This document shows positions 21,590 to 31,610 of a DNA stretch of 31,610 nt, one piece after another; position 1 is the stretch's first letter; every line of letters begins with the position of its first letter. The DNA lies in NCBI RefSeq assembly GCF_006345805.1, contig NW_021832208.1, forward strand, positions 1 through 31,610. Direction: 5' to 3'. A program made the position numbers and the translations under genes. The notes below the pieces were generated by a model. The model had not been told where the DNA came from and did no database searches. It worked only from the letters and a program-made list of their open reading frames with translations. Source of the DNA: Octopus sinensis. Lineage: Eukaryota.

Positions 21590-21795
21590 TCTATTCCAAA
21601 GAAAAACGATTTCCCACGGCTTTATCGATCGCATTCTCACCTGGAAGCGATTTTTTCAATTTTTTCAAGACGTATACACGCCCAGACACCGTCGGTATCT
21701 ACACATCAAATTTGTGCGCAATCGAATGAAGGATGCCCGAGATCCTAGAAAACACACGCACAGACAGACAGAACGGATTTTATATAAGAGATAAA
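21590..21795 (+). mobile_element. Helitron/Helentron-associated non-autonomous (HINE/DINE-like) 3' portion
   Basis: aaatttgtgcgcaatcgaatgaaggatgcccgagatcctagaaaacacacgcacagacagacagaacggattttatataagagat: (CAGA)n followed by TTTTATATA..GAT is typical of these ends. Confidence 0.55.
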
Positions 21796-21829
21796 GATAC
21801 TCACCTATGTACACACAGCACATACAATG

Positions 21830-22185
21830 TCTTAAGGATGTATCATGCGCGGGGACATAGAAATAATCGGACTGAATACCCGATCGCGCGGTTAAACCAT
21901 TGGGAGTGAAGGACTCCTAGTCTTTGTTAGGGCCTCCTTCTAGGAGAAGGTAACTCAGGTAACTGGGATAACTCCGATATAAAAGCTGCGGCTCAGTGGT
22001 TACCGATGATGTTGACTTGTTCTTCTTTTCGGATTATGGCTGCTGTTGCTTAGTGAGTGGGATTGACTCAGTGCACAGCCTTTCCTCACTTTAAAAAAAA
22101 TCTTCTTGCACAGGCATTGCACGATAATAACATTGATTAAGCTTTGTGCAATGGTCATACTCAATAACGAGGGGGCAGCCACCAT
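21830..22185 (+). mobile_element. Non-autonomous RTE-derived element (RTE 5'-UTR-like motif plus RTE tail)
   Basis: ctaggagaaggtaactc motif (RTE 5'-UTR type); tail aagctttgtgcaatggtcatactcaataacgagggggcagcc matches the RTE tail at 14928-14975; ends in (ATGT)n. Confidence 0.7.
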
Positions 22186-22196
22186 GTATGTATGTA

Positions 22197-22760
22197 TCTT
22201 TTACCTTTCACCAATGTTATTAAACTGCATTGCGAACCATGCTGGAGAATCACACTGAAGTATTCTAGTGGAACAGATCGACCAGAGTTCGTATAGTTTT
22301 TCAAGTCTTGTACATACTGTATTGGTGACTTATGTTGAACTGCTAATTTAGTGGAATGTGAACAAACTAATACTGGCTATCAAGCGATGTGGTGGTGTCA
22401 AACACACACACACACACACACATACATACACATACCCGCGCGCACGCGCAGTAATTTTTATATGGGTGTGTGCGTGTGAGGTACTTTAACACGTTTTCTG
22501 GCGGCGTACTATTAAAAACTATCTTACATTATCGCTCACCCAGAAGTGGAAGGCAACGAGTTTGCACTTTAACATCAACTCTAAGGCTGGAGAAATAGGC
22601 TTAATGTGTGCAGCAGAAAAGGACTTGCCAATGTCACCAAAACTGGTCGCCCCAGAGCATAAGTAGCAGATACAAGCTCATGGTACCGCGCAATGAGACT
22701 GAACCCAAATTTACGAGGCTGCAAAGCGGGCTGCTTTAACCACACAGCCATGCTTGCACG
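22197..22760 (-). mobile_element. Old, decayed family A-like SINE (3' half 22197-22430, head 22640-22760)
   Basis: ccatgctggag...gatcgacc...caagcgatgtgg plus CA tract; head reverse complement gcaagcatggctgtgtggttaaag...gggttcagtctc. Confidence 0.65.
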
Positions 22761-22825
22761 TACCAATAACTGTGTGAAAAATGAGTGCACAGTGAGTGAG
22801 TTCAAGTGAACTGAAGTCTTGATAC

Positions 22826-22866
22826 GAAAGATAAAACGAAGGTCTTCTTGATATGCTTAATGTTGC
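22826..22866 (-). CDS. Candidate micro-exon (41 nt; ATLSISRRPSFYL)
   Basis: Very strong acceptor tctttcccaccatctctttcag|; weak donor TTC|GTATCA. Confidence 0.2.
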
Positions 22867-23104
22867 CTGAAAGAGATGGTGGGAAAGATAAGAAAGACAA
22901 AAGCACAGATTGACCCTAAATAGAACTGACAATAAGCATATTAGATCAGAGCAACGAGGGCTTTAGATGTTGCGATTGAAGATGATGCAGCGCTTTTATA
23001 AGCCAAAGGTTATCACAAGTCAATGAGTCAATATTTGTCAATGAGTTCAATGGTATCGTGTTCTTTACCATCCAGAAAACTTGTGCATGTTTAGCAACAA
23101 TACA

Positions 23105-23239
23105 ATATATGTGTGTATATGTACACACATACATATATATACTATATATATATATATATATATATGAAGTAGTGGTACGCGAAGTACCATTAATTGCTGG
23201 AAATATATACAAATATATATTTTATAATGTATGTAAGTG

Positions 23240-23293
<54 letters not shown>

Positions 23294-23565
23294 ACGTATT
23301 ATGTAAATATTCAATTTTTGTAGTACATTTTAGTTAAATATTCGACCCACGTATTTATCTCATTCGGTACCCTGAATTCCCTCATATCTTATTTGTATTA
23401 TTCTGTACAAGTGTTTATTATATATAAATGCGTTTACGTATATATATATATATATCTATCTACTATACGATATATATATATATATATATATAATATATTA
23501 TATATATATATTATATATATATATATATTATATATATAGATATAGATATAGATAGATAGATATAG
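23105..23565. repeat. (TA)n-rich microsatellite blocks
   Basis: Directly visible. Confidence 0.9.
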
Positions 23566-23989
23566 GTACAGATGTAGAAAGCTCTCCCAAAAAGTTTACA
23601 GGGACTTTTTTTTAAATCTCTCCACCTGAGTTTACAAAGAACTTACTAAATCTATGAATTAAAATTTATATTACTAAAAAATCTTTAAAAATGTTAAATT
23701 TAACTGATTAGAACTACAACTGTACCAAGGATCTCACACATTTTGCAATATATATATATACATAGAGAGAGAGAGACATATAAAAGCTTCAAATCCTTCA
23801 TACTTCTCATTTTTCTTATCAATTTTGTGCTTTACACTCTAACTAGCAAAGAAATATATTGAATCATCGGATCGTAGTTAAAGGAAAATTACCAAAACAA
23901 AAAAAAACGCACCATCAGAAGGAACTAGCCTTGGTATTTTATTCAGAGAAATTCGGTATTGCCTGGATATTATATACCTCCTCTTACTT

Positions 23990-24062
<73 letters not shown>

Positions 24063-24084
24063 CACACACATATACATATATATA

Positions 24085-24215
24085 TGTACTTTATTTAAAA
24101 GCAACACAAATTTAACAAAAGCTGTTACTCGGAGTTTCACGTTCCCGTTCGTCGGACAGTCTGGTATTTGAGTACTCTTTTTCCACCTTGTTTCACATTT
24201 ATGTGTTACTCTGGT
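24085..24215 (-). mobile_element. Penelope-like pLTR fragment
   Basis: Hammerhead-like motif followed ~27 nt later by AATAAA (24090-24095), embedded in TA/CA microsatellite. Confidence 0.6.
24122..24159 (-). ncRNA. Minimal type I hammerhead ribozyme-like motif with a U4C core variant
   Basis: CUGU CCGACGA ACG-GGAA-CGU GAAA CUC-C-GAG UA ACAG: stems I, II and III all pair; GUA cleavage triplet. Confidence 0.55.
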
Positions 24216-24260
24216 ATATTTTTATATATATTATATATATATATATATTATATATATATA

Positions 24261-24498
24261 TCACTTGATCACTTTGACCGACCAGTCCGTCAGGCGTCCG
24301 TTTGACACCGCTGGTCACAGCACGCTGTCCACTCATCTCTGGATCGCGCCTTTCTCATCCACCTGATCCCAATCGTCCTCTTGAAATCGTTACTCCACCG
24401 TCGTGGAGGTCTTCCGGGTGGTCTTTTCCGCTCACGCGGGTACCTACTCGACAACTGCGTGCGTCCACCGATTATCAGTGAGCCGGGCGACGTGTCCA
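24261..24498 (-). mobile_element. 3' end of an RTE-1-like LINE
   Basis: GHVARLTDNRWTHAVVE(1-nt frameshift at W)YPRERKRPPGRPPRRWSNDFKRTIGIRWMRKARSRDEW..., classic RTE C-terminal motifs; ~30-nt UTR ending aagtgatcaagtga. Confidence 0.9.
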
Positions 24499-24724
24499 AG
24501 CCGGAGATGTCCATATATATATGCCTTTATGTGTGTGTGAGCACCCACGTCTGCACGGATGCGGTTCTAACTGAAATTCTATATTTAGATGGAAGAAGTA
24601 TTAACAGCTCTTATTGTTAGTAAAATGGTACACACGTATCTAAAAAGTATTTTAGCAATAACGACAGAGGAAGTCGTTAATGGATATCCATCGAATCCAG
24701 TACGTATTTATTAGACTCTAAAAG

Positions 24725-24912
24725 AGATGAATTTCTTAGCTGTATTTCATGTCGTTATGCTCTGAGTTCAAATTCCACCGAGGTCGACTTTGCCTTTCAT
24801 CTTTCCGGGGTCGATAAATTAATTAACAGGTTGCGTACTGGGGTCGATCTAAACAACTGGCCCCTTGCCCACGAAAGATTTTCGGGCCTTGTACCTAGAG
24901 TAGAACAGAATA
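24725..24912 (+). mobile_element. Family B SINE body with the alternative tail
   Basis: ctgagttcaaattccaccgaggtcgactttgcctttcatc...ttttcgggccttgtacctagagtagaacagaat. Confidence 0.88.
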
Positions 24913-24978
24913 TCTTTTGTCTTCTTATATTCTGACGGTAGCACTTCTGATTACACCGTCGCCAATCTATAGCGACGT

Positions 24979-25225
24979 GGAGGCACGTAACTTAGTAGGA
25001 AAAGTGTTGGACTCGTGATCGTAAGAATGTGGTTTCGATTCGTGGACCGAGCGACGCGTTGTGTTCTTAAGCAAAGCACTTCATTTCATATTGCTCCAGT
25101 CCATTCAGCTGGTTTAAAATGGGTAATCCTGCGACGGAACGACATACCGTCAAGGTGGGGAATATATATATGCCATGGAAACCGAGAAACTGGCCCCTGT
25201 GTGTCTGTGACTCGGGAAGGAAAAA
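24979..25225 (+). mobile_element. Family C SINE (tRNA-CORE-Nin/Deu-like)
   Basis: ggaggcacgtaacttagtagg...gtttcgattc...tgtgttcttaagcaaagcacttc...cctgcgacggaacgacataccgtcaaggtgggg...ggaaaccgagaaactggccc. Confidence 0.85.
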
Positions 25226-25487
25226 CAAATGATAAAATAGAAAATCTATATCATTCCAAGTTGGCAAATTTTCTATTGGATAAACATGAGCGGCGCGGGG
25301 AGTGGAGCCTCGCATGCATGTGTGACTTAAAACAAAAACAATATGTCTTTCCTAGGCCTGTACATGAAAGCACAGAACCGTGATGGAACGAGACCGACGT
25401 GAGCCCAACATAATGAAATGCTAAATCCCTCTGCATCTTGGTGTTGAAATCGGAATATAGAGATCAAAATTATATAGAGTAATATAC

Positions 25488-25682
25488 TTTAGTTTCCTTC
25501 TCTACTGCCTCCACTACGACTTCACTGTATTTCCGCAGTAAACTTAATCCGTTAATCGCTTTAACATTGTCATCTAGTCCCTTGGTGACATTGGCAAAGT
25601 TCATTCTGCTGCAAACATTCAGCCCAGTTCTCCAGTCTTGGAGTTTCCGGTAAGGTTCAAGGCCGCTGTCTTCCGCTTCTGG
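25488..25682 (-). CDS. Candidate internal coding exon (195 nt, phase 0-0)
   Basis: Strong acceptor tttttgtttttatcactcag|, donor AAA|GTATAT; 65 open codons PEAEDSGLEPYRKLQDWRTGLNVCSRMNFANVTKGLDDNVKAINGLSLLRKYSEVVVEAVEKETK with globular-protein-like composition. Confidence 0.42.
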
Positions 25683-26548
25683 CTGAGTGATAAAAACAAA
25701 AACATAGTAGTTTTTTAACGTTACGTAATGTGTTTATCTCCTTAATTAGTACAGAAACCCTAAGATATAGAGAAGAGAGAGAGAGAGAAAAAGAGAGAAA
25801 GAGAGAGACTGAGAAGCTGTGATTACACATGGTTGATGACATATAAATATGTTTATCAACCATTAAATCGACCTCCGAGGGAACGAAAAATAAATTTAGC
25901 ATCTTAGCCTCAGAAGAACTTTGGTGCAGAACCTAGTGGATCGAAACTAATCACTGCCATACATGTTAATCCTGTTTTGGTGTTCTTCCCATTTCTGTGT
26001 GCCTTACATCACCCTCCTTCCATCCTCTACCCCTTCTCCTTCTCCTCCTCCTCCTCCTTCTGCTTCTCCACCTTATCTTCCTCCCCCGCCCGTCTTTATC
26101 TCCAGCTCAATCTCGGTCGTTCAAGCCTCTTTTGAAGGATTTTCGTTCACGAGTGACTTGTCTATTTTGTTTTCTAGACTACATTATCCAATGTGATTGT
26201 ATTATCAAGTAGCTTGTGATTTAGAAATGACAAAACTTTGACAGTTTAACTGTTATTTCTAGTATGTCAGACGTCAATGTAACGGTTCCCTGCCTTCGCT
26301 GAGATCAGCGCCCTCTGCCGCTTTCGTTGTTGTCGATGGAGTGCAGTTGTCATTCTTCCTTTTCCTCTTCATTTTGCCTGCTGTTGTTTATTACTCCAGC
26401 TCAGCACACTTCGAGCTGAAACCTACGATAAAAGACGTTCCAGTCGTGGCAATCCAGTCTTTTATTTTAATTATTCATTTACTTTTATTGTTTTATATCA
26501 AATTATTTATTTATATTTTATATCAATTTATTTATCTATTTATCTCAC

Positions 26549-26953
26549 AGGCGTAGGAGTGGCTGTGTGGTAAGTAGCTTGCTTACCAGTCACATGGTTC
26601 CGGGTTCAGTCCCATTGCGTGGCACCTTGGGCGAGTGTCTTCTACTATAGCCTCGGGCCGACCAAAGCCTTGTGAGTAGATTTGGTAGACGGAAACTGAA
26701 AGAAGCCCGTCATATGTATATATATATATATGTGTGTGTGTGTGTATATGTTTGTGTGTTTGTTTTTGTCCCCCAACATCGCTTGACAACCGATGATGGT
26801 GTGTTTACGTCCCCGTAACTTAGCGGTTCGGCAAAAGCGACCGATAGAATAAGTACTAGGCTTACAAAGACTAAGTCCTGGCTTTTATTTGTTCGACTAA
26901 AGGTGGTGCTCCAGCATGGCCACAGTCACATGACTGAAACAAGTAAAAGAGTA
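26549..26953 (+). mobile_element. Family A SINE, full length, best-preserved copy
   Basis: aggcgtaggagtggctgtgtggtaag...gggttcagtccc...gactgaaacaagtaaaagagta. Confidence 0.94.
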
Positions 26954-27181
26954 TTGCTTTATTACTTTACTCTCTTACTGAAAGTGTTTTCCCATTTTTA
27001 ACTCTCAACAGTGGCATGATTTGATTTAAATAAAAATGTAACTGCCATTTCTAGCAGATCAGCCGACTCTATAGTCGTACCTTCATTCACTCAGGTTGTT
27101 ATACATTTAATCCATGTAATGATCTACACTTTCTACCACTTCACCAGTCCTTAATTTCTCAAAATATTGAGCCCCTAAGCT

Positions 27182-27411
27182 TTAAGATATTTCATTATAT
27201 GTTGCGTAGTGTGTGCTGTACAGTAACATGGTGTAGAGGAATCCTTTTGGTAGTTCTAATAATGTTAATTTCTGCCTTGAGGCCGAAACGAATTTGCAAT
27301 AATTCCATATTCCCCTGTTGGCTATTTGCATTGTATCGTTCATGTGATTCGAGTCGTCCTCCCATCCTATGCCATATGGTATATTGGAGTATAGCCAGGC
27401 GCACGCTACAG
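27182..27411 (-). CDS. Candidate exon with a claudin/PMP22/TARP-like W...G[IL]WxxC pattern
   Basis: Acceptor ttcattatttgttacag|; xVACAWLYSNIPYGIGWEDDSNHMNDTMQIANRGIWNYCKF...; no clear donor found. Confidence 0.2.
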
Positions 27412-27867
27412 CTGTAACAAATAATGAAATATCCAAGAAATTTATTGATGAAATAATATAATATAATATAATATAATATAATATAATATAATATAATATA
27501 AGATGAAAAAAAAAATTGTTAATTTATTACACATATTAGGCATATTCAGAACTGAAAGATTGGTTGGTTTTAATTTGAAGTAAAGTTAATTACAGTTTAA
27601 TTTCGCATTTTTATTTCTTCAGAATCGCATCTATTCACAAGTGTCGACGCGTGGAAGCATGAACATTGGAACTACTAAACAAAATGTGTAGTGATCCGAC
27701 TCCGTGCTTCATACAATACCCACTGACGGAGTCAATCCTTCCCGAAAGAGTTACCATAGCATCATCAACTATATTAGCTGTTTTAGTAGGTTTAGCCGTC
27801 ACTCGCAAGCGAGTATAACTTGCCTGACGGAGAACTGTATGAAAGGGCATCGTGTGTGTATGTGTAC

Positions 27868-27906
<39 letters not shown>

Positions 27907-28181
27907 ACAAACACATGTATTTCACCTCACTCTACAATGCATATTAACTGCATTGCCTGGTTTGGTCGTCACTTCCAAGCGTGTATAACTTGATAGTTCG
28001 TTCTCCGCTTTCGCTAGTTGTTTAACATCTTTCTTACCATATTTCTGTTGAAATACTCTGCATTCGCTTCAAGTGATTTAGAAAATCGTGAAGAATATGT
28101 TAAAATAACTTCGTCATTATTAAGCAGTTATTTGGGACATATTATAAAATAATTTAAAATCTGATGGACGACTTTAATCTA

Positions 28182-29061
28182 TCATGTCATCTCATAAGTT
28201 CTGTCCGATTTTACCTTTTTAAAAATTGAATGAAATTTAATAGTGTTTTAGAATGTCTAATAGAATTAAAAATTAGTTTTATGCATTTGTGTACATTTAA
28301 ACTAATCATATATTATTTTACAGAATAATAGAATTAAATTTCTTTGATTAAAACCCTTTCTAACATGGAAGTATCCAAAGAGCATTTGAGGCACATAATG
28401 CTTTATGAGTACAAAAAAGAAAACTCTGCAGCCGAAGCGACTCGAAACATACACTCAGTTTATGGGAAACAATGCTTGAATGAAAGAACTTGCAGAAAAT
28501 GGTTTTCAAAATTCAGAAGTGGAGATTTCAGCCTTGAAGACAAAGGTCGAACAAGTAGTTCAGTTGAGTTTGATGATAAGCTCCTTGAGCCATTACTTGA
28601 AGTAAACTCTGCATTATCAGTTGAAGAATTGGCAATAAACCTTAGTTCAAACCATACAACTGTTCATCGTCATCTTCAACAACTTGGAATGGTTCCTAAA
28701 CTTGGAAAATGGGTGCCTCATGAATTGTTCGAAAGCAACCGCGAATCCCGTGTTGACATCTGGCCTTCTCTTCATTCTCGCGAACTCTTTTCACCTTTTT
28801 TGGATAGACTTGTGACTGGTGACGAAAAATGGATCTTCTATCGAAATGTTAAACGTCGTAAACAGTGGCTTGGTAAAGGGAAAAAGCCCAACCACAACCG
28901 AGAAGAGAACTTCATGGAAAAAATGTTCTTCTCTGTATCAGGTGGGTTTGCAAAGAAGTAATTGTTACCACCTAATGCAACAATCAATGCTCAGCAAATA
29001 TAACATTTGCTCTCTTGTTTTCTTTATTTAAAATTTGGACAGAACTTATGGGATGACGTGA
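28182..29061 (+). mobile_element. Mariner transposon, internally deleted (880 bp)
   Basis: TIRs TCATGTCATCTCATAAGTTCTGTCCGATTTT (28182-28212) and reverse complement TCACGTCATCCCATAAGTTCTGTCCAAATTT (29031-29061), 27/31 match; TA at 28180-28181 and 29062-29063. Confidence 0.96.
28365..28995 (+). pseudogene. Mariner transposase pseudogene
   Basis: ATG 28365 MEVSKEHLRHIMLYEY..., HTH region, WVPHEL, TGDEKW; frameshift after KGKK (continues QPQPRRELHGKNVLLCIRWVCKEVI), small deletion, LPPNATINAQ, then loss of the second and third catalytic Asp and YSPDL. Confidence 0.95.
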
Positions 29062-29260
29062 TAGATCACTTTAAACATAAGGTTTGTATTGCAAAACCAG
29101 GAGCGTCCTTGAGAGGTTTCGGGTATTTATGTAGACCCGAGTAAAGAGAGACACATTCTCGCCCTCTCCCCTAACTTTTAATTCAGAATATTCCAGGTGA
29201 ATCAAGTGGAGGAAGAGGAGGCTACACCAGCAATCGGCTCATATTTGTTTTGCTATGTTT

Positions 29261-29596
29261 CAGTGGTTAGAGCTTCGAGCTCACAATCATGAGGTAGCGA
29301 GTTCGATTCCCGTACTGGGCTGTTTATTGTGTCCTTGAGCAAGACACTTTACTTCACGTTGCTCCAGTTTACTCAGCTATAGAAATGAGTTGCGACGTCA
29401 CTGGTGCCAAGCTGTATTGACCTTTGCCTTTTCCTTGGGCAACATCGGTAGCATGGAAAGGGGAGACTGCTAAGCTTGGGCGACTGGGGGTCCTCCATAA
29501 AACCACCTTGCCCGGACTTGTGCCTCAGAGGGGAACATTCTGGGTGCAATCTCATGTTCATTCATGACCGAAGGGGGTCTTTACTTTTTTACCCTT
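29261..29596 (+). mobile_element. tRNA-CORE SINE, family D (distinct 3' half)
   Basis: agtggttagagc...GAGTTCGATTCC B box, tgtgtccttgagcaagacacttt CORE, then a 3' half unlike family C ending gaccgaagggggtcttt. Confidence 0.85.
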
Positions 29597-29769
29597 TCGA
29601 TTTTCTACTGAATAGACTAAATTAAGGTGAACTGCTTCAGGATGCAACATGAGTCTCTATCGAGGAATTGAGTTCGCGATTTGATGATCGTGGCCCAAAC
29701 ATTTAAACCGCTATCCTAGGTGCCTTAACGATGATGTTGGCTAAAAGCAGCAACGTTTCACGGAGATGT

Positions 29770-29886
29770 CGAGGAGTGGTTAAGACGTCCGCTTTGCAAT
29801 CACATGGTTTCGGGTTCGTTCCTACCTAGACGACTGTCCTAATGCCTTATGAGTGAATTTGGTAGATGAAGTCTGTGAGGAATCCC
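29770..29886 (+). mobile_element. Decayed family A-like SINE head
   Basis: gtggttaagacgtccgctttgcaatcacatggtttcgggttcgttcc...gccttatgagtgaatttggtagatg. Confidence 0.6.
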
Positions 29887-30039
29887 TGATTCTAACTCCA
29901 GGACACCGCATCCACAAAGAATGTAAGATAGGCAAACTTCTTTCATTAATACAGTACAACTACAGCACACACACACGGGGGTTCGTCCATCTGCCTATGT
30001 TTCTGCTAATGCAACACCATCTTCCCATGCAAATTATCG

Positions 30040-30175
30040 GGATTCCTTCTCACCCCAACCTTACCCCGTGCTCTATATTTCTACTTTGTCTTACTTTCTC
30101 AAACCCTGCAATTAAACACTATTCGCAATCATTGCTTAACGGAACTGTAGCCCAATGGAATTCACTTGCGCTTTT
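30040..30175 (+). mobile_element. Decayed CR1/L2/Jockey-type LINE ORF2 C-terminal remnant
   Basis: HYSQSLLNGTVAQWNSL resembles the terminal ..SF..RT...WNSL motif. Confidence 0.45.
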
Positions 30176-30419
30176 TAAAGTTTTGTACAACAGGCATTAA
30201 ACCTTCGGTAATTCAAGGTGAACATACTGTATATCAATCGCAACAATACGAAAACTCGAGATTTGCAAATATCTTGTGCATCATCGTTTAGCTTCCTATT
30301 ATATACACATTCATGCATACACGCGCATTCACAAAAACAAACACACATATATAAGACCCAGTCAAACATATGTACATACGCAGATACATATAATTTGAGT
30401 GTGTGTGTATTTATGTGTA

Positions 30420-30420
30420 G

Positions 30421-30469
<49 letters not shown>

Positions 30470-30839
30470 GATATTATATATTATATATATATATATATAT
30501 ATTATACGCACACACACTATATATATGTATATATAAACTATATACGTACATGTGGGTATATCTCTATATATATTCATACATACATAACACCCACCCAAAC
30601 GGATGTACATATACAGATACATATAATGTGAGTGCGTGTATATAAATATATATATGTGTGTATGTGTGTAGGTGTATGTGTAGGTATATGTATATAGGTA
30701 TATCTATACACCCCTCCACACATATATATATATATACAACATATACGCATCTATATATAATTATATACGTACATGTTCGTGTATCTCTCTTATATATATC
30801 ATACATACGTTTAAAGTATACTTATACACGTTTATGCAT

Positions 30840-30895
<56 letters not shown>

Positions 30896-31040
30896 GATAT
30901 GTATATATATAATATATATATATATACATAATGTATATATGTATATATGCCATATGTACGTTTGTGTGTGTATAAATATAAGTATATATATGTATGTATG
31001 TATGTATGTACGTACGGATCTATGTATCTATGTATGCATG
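30420..31040. repeat. Degenerate (TA)n/(TATG)n microsatellite
   Basis: Directly visible. Confidence 0.93.
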
Positions 31041-31399
31041 TACGTATCAGTATAAAAAAAAAGCAACCAGATATTTGCTGTCATACGCATTTACATGTTC
31101 ACACGTGTAAGAAAATTGAGCGTTTGATTGCATATCAATGCGCGTTGGATGTACACACCCTAAATCTCAGCCTGATTATAGATTTCTTCTATCTCCCGGA
31201 AACGTGTACATCACTTTAATTACAACGTTTCCTTGCTAAGCGAATGCACACGCGGAAGAAAATACTATACATCAGAATAATTAGAGCTTATGTCGAAAGT
31301 GTAATATATAGCTGTAATGACCAGCCCAGGATATATAATGTTATAAATGAAAAAGAAGAACGGGAGGGAACAATAGCAGAGATATACTGATATCCGGGT

Positions 31400-31461
31400 G
31401 TGTATATGTATATACACATATATATATTATATATATAATATATATTATATATATATTATTA

Positions 31462-31514
<53 letters not shown>

Positions 31515-31600
31515 ATATATATATATTATATATATATATATATATAATATATATGATATATATATGTATATGTATATGTATATATGTATGTATGTGTGTA
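31400..31600. repeat. (TA)n / (TATATG)n microsatellite
   Basis: Directly visible. Confidence 0.95.
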
Positions 31601-31610
31601 TGGTATAGCA

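Noticed and set aside
23173-23189. Hairpin TGGTAC-gcgaa-GTACCA in a TA tract, possible Helitron end
   Set aside because: Too short, and no CTRR terminus at the expected distance
23864-23870. CCGATGA on the minus strand as another hammerhead core
   Set aside because: No downstream stem II or GAAA; at most a truncated remnant
26003-26180. Purine-rich minus-strand segment ending at a GTAAGG donor
   Set aside because: Stops in all frames; low-complexity (CCT)n
2187-26789. Recurrent ORFs such as ...GLLSVSVYQIHSQGFG.PEAIVEDTCPRCHA...
   Set aside because: Antisense translations of family A SINE copies, not a gene family
2198-29320. tRNA genes suggested by A/B boxes
   Set aside because: All continue into SINE bodies and none gives a complete cloverleaf with acceptor stem and terminator
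244-31219. Dozens of ORFs rich in YI, YLSI, HTYI, CMYV, RE, poly-I/T/S/D
   Set aside because: Translations of (TA)n, (GATA)n, (CATA)n, (GA)n and trinucleotide microsatellites, which lack stops in some frames

Overview
Eukaryotic, very AT-rich, repeat-saturated genomic DNA, most likely from an octopus (coleoid cephalopod). The inference rests on the tRNA-derived SINE families and the extreme microsatellite density. Almost every ORF in the supplied track is a microsatellite or SINE artefact. Supported content: (i) about 20 copies or fragments of at least four tRNA-derived SINE families, labelled A-D here, some nested and two with clear target-site duplications; (ii) 3' ends of several non-LTR retrotransposons (RLE/R4-Dong-like, RTE-BovB-like, RTE-1-like, CR1/L2-like and one unassigned 3' UTR inside a GATA array); (iii) Penelope-like remnants, one carrying a minimal hammerhead-like fold; (iv) an internally deleted mariner with both TIRs and TA duplications at 28182-29061; (v) a Helitron/HINE-like end. 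No host gene can be named. Several splice-site-bounded open frames form phase-compatible chains on each strand, but these are unverified. The most notable observations are a SINE with a fixed 184-bp tail-to-internal repeat whose units share copy-private variants, a variant-core hammerhead, an old inverted repeat bracketing a strong candidate exon, and two LINE/SINE tail-sharing pairs. Family names come from my recollection of the families, not from a database search.
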